This document shows positions 61,907 to 64,000 of a stretch of 64,000 nt of DNA, piece by piece; position 1 is the stretch's first letter, and every line of letters begins with the position of its first letter. A program made the position numbers and the translations under genes. The stretch covers positions 1 to 64,000 of the forward strand of contig CAWCFT010000017.1 in the NCBI GenBank assembly GCA_963794945.1, given 5' to 3'. The notes beneath the pieces are model-generated. The model was not told the origin of the DNA. It worked only from the letters and a program-made list of their open reading frames with translations, and did no database searches. Source of the stretch: Endomicrobiales bacterium (GTDB lineage Bacteria > Elusimicrobiota > Endomicrobiia > Endomicrobiales > CAWCFT01).

Positions 61907-64000
61907 TTATTTATTGGGCTTAGCTTTATCTTCGGGCTTTTGCTCTGGTTTAGGCTCGGCTTTGGCCTCAGGTTCATGTTTCTCCCGCTCCGCCTTTTCC
62001 CATTTTTCAACTTTTTGAACTTCTTCGCGCCCTAGTTCTTCGTAAAGTTCATGGACTCGCTTAACGTTCTCCGGGGGTAAATCTGACGGCGTCTTTGCTT
62101 TATCTTCAGGTTTAGGCTCAGCTTTGGGTTCGCTATTTTCTTCAGTTTTAGGCTCGGTTACTTTAGCTTTGGGTATAGGTTCGGCTTTGGCATCGGGTTT
62201 AGGTTCTGATGTTTTCATTTCGGGTTTTGGCTCGGCTAGCGTACCTTTGGCTTCGGCTGTAGGTTCAGCATTGGAATCGGACTTAGGTTCTAAAGTTTTT
62301 ATTTCAGGTTTGGGCTCATCTGTTTTTACTTCGGGCTTAGGCTCAGATACCTTGACTTTGGCTTCAGGTATAGGTTTGGCTTTAGCGTCAGGTTTAAGTT
62401 CTGATGTTTTCGCTTCGGGTTTAGGTTCGATTACTTCACCTTTGGTTTCAGTCTTTAGCTCAGCCTTGACCTCAGGCTTAGTCTCAGCTTTGATGGGATC
62501 AAAAATCCTGTATGCGAGCAGTTTAACGTTGTCATTGACAAGGAACCACAGCAGAGCGTAGCCCCACACGAACCCGGCCCAGCCCCAGCCGAGGGGCGTC
62601 ATGAACAGCCCGTAAACCGCTATCAGCGTCGCTATAATCTGCGTCACTACCACCGCTATCCATAAGATATTAGCGGGACGTATTGACCAGAACCGACCGC
62701 GCGTGCGCGTGAGAAATATCGTAAGGTGCCCCGCCACGGACAATTTCAGGTACATCAGCGTCTGAATGTGCGCGCGGTCAAGATGAAATACGCGCTCACC
62801 AAGAAAAAACAGGGCAAAGGCGGAGACGACACCGATCAAGCCCAGCGCCGTTGATACACCCAGCACCATGCGCATGTTCCAGGCCTCGGGCTTGTCCTTA
62901 TAATGAACGTTGTCATAGGCAATGGACAGGATCGCGCCGTCATTGAGCAGGGCCAGCATCACTATCATAACAGCCGTTAATGGATAAAAGTTAAAGATCA
63001 GTATCGCAAGCGTCATAAAGAACAACACGCGGAGCGTCTCGGCTATGCGATAAATAGCATAGCTGTTCATTCGCTGAAATATGCGGCGGCTTTCCTTGAT
63101 CGCGTCAATTATCACCGACAAGCCAGGCGTCATTAAAACAATGGCAGCAGCGCGCGCGCAGCATCTGTCGCACCCGAAACGGCAATGCCGCAATCGGCTT
63201 TTTTGAGCGCAGGGGCGTCGTTGACTCCGTCGCCAGTCATGCCGACTATATGCCCCATCTTTTGCAGGACGTCCACAATATGGAACTTATGCTCAGGGAA
63301 AACCTGTGCAAAACCATCGGCCTTTTCGATAGAATCGGACATCTCCGCGGTCTCCTGCTTTTTCGAGTCGCCCAAGCCGCCAGCATCAAGTATATTCGCT
63401 CCCATATCCAGTTTTTTGGCTGTTTCTTTAGCGATAGCCAGCGCGTCGCCCGTAACCATCTTGACCTTTACGCCCATAGCAAGAGCTGTCGCTATCGTTG
63501 CCTTGGCATCTTCCCGCGGCGGATCGAACAGGGGCAGTACACCGACAAACTGCCATTGCCCGTCGCCCTCGTCCCTTGCCACGCCCAGCGAACGAAAACC
63601 ACGCGCCGCGAATTCATTAACTGCCTTATCGACAACGTCCTTAACCTGCCCTGCATTTGCCGACAATGCCAAAATCACCTGTGGTGCGCCCTTTGTCACC
63701 TTGAATGTCTTTCCATCTTTTGCTTTTACGGCAGCCTCCGTTCGTTTGTGCACAGCGTCAAACGGCTGGAAATGAACCACCTCATAATCTTTCAAGGCCT
63801 CTTTATCTTTAAGTCCTCCGATAACGGCTAGATCTATAGTATCGTTATTCTCCGCGCGCGACGCCAGAGTGGCATTGATGATGACTTGTTCTACCGGGAT
63901 ATTGTTCACGCTGAACGGTTCGCCCAGCGTCAGTTTGTTCTGGGTAAGTGTGCCGGTCTTGTCCGCGCACAGCACGTCCACACCCGCCAATTCCTCAATG
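61907..64000 (-). CDS. Plasma-membrane proton-efflux P-type ATPase (type IIIA); 5' end outside the window; frameshift near 63140-63190
   Basis: LCADKTGTLT, KGAPQ, FDPPR, FAQVFPEHK, GDGVNDAPALKKA, LLNDG; EPK-repeat tail. Confidence 0.92.

Noticed and set aside
61907..62490. CRISPR array or DNA-level repeat (also 58230-58560)
   Set aside because: Degenerate in-frame EPK peptide repeats inside genes; no constant repeat with unique spacers and no cas genes

Overview
Bacterial sequence with an LPS-type envelope gene set; the lineage cannot be fixed from this window. 1-12.6 kb is GC-rich core genome: SNase nuclease, tex, lpxH-like, PilZ, P-type ATPase, dedA, serS, rtcB, with REP-like palindromes between genes. 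It ends at a minus-strand tRNA-Glu(CUC) at 12663-12739. Upstream of the tRNA lie two related integrative elements in tandem. Element 1 spans 12701-30488 (17,788 bp) between two copies of a 39-bp direct repeat equal to the 5' half of the tRNA. Element 2 starts at 30489 and its far end is not visible. Both share one backbone in transcription order: STAS+HATPase kinase-like gene, STAS-like+wHTH gene with a leaderless-type promoter, a roughly 110-nt three-way-junction element conserved in shape but not sequence, a purine-rich tract, a replication-relaxation (MobC-like) gene, a coupling protein (element 2 only), excisionase and tyrosine integrase. Element 1 cargo looks defensive: SDH/ClpP-fold protease cassette, MmeI-type RM enzyme, two nucleotidyltransferase pairs. 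Beyond element 2's backbone are a RelBE-like TA, a CsbD/BON/OmpA/AsmA stress-envelope cluster, ABC efflux genes and a type IIIA H+-ATPase. Many genes, including serS, are split by single frameshifts, most likely sequencing errors. Family calls come from motif recognition only; no database searches were run.
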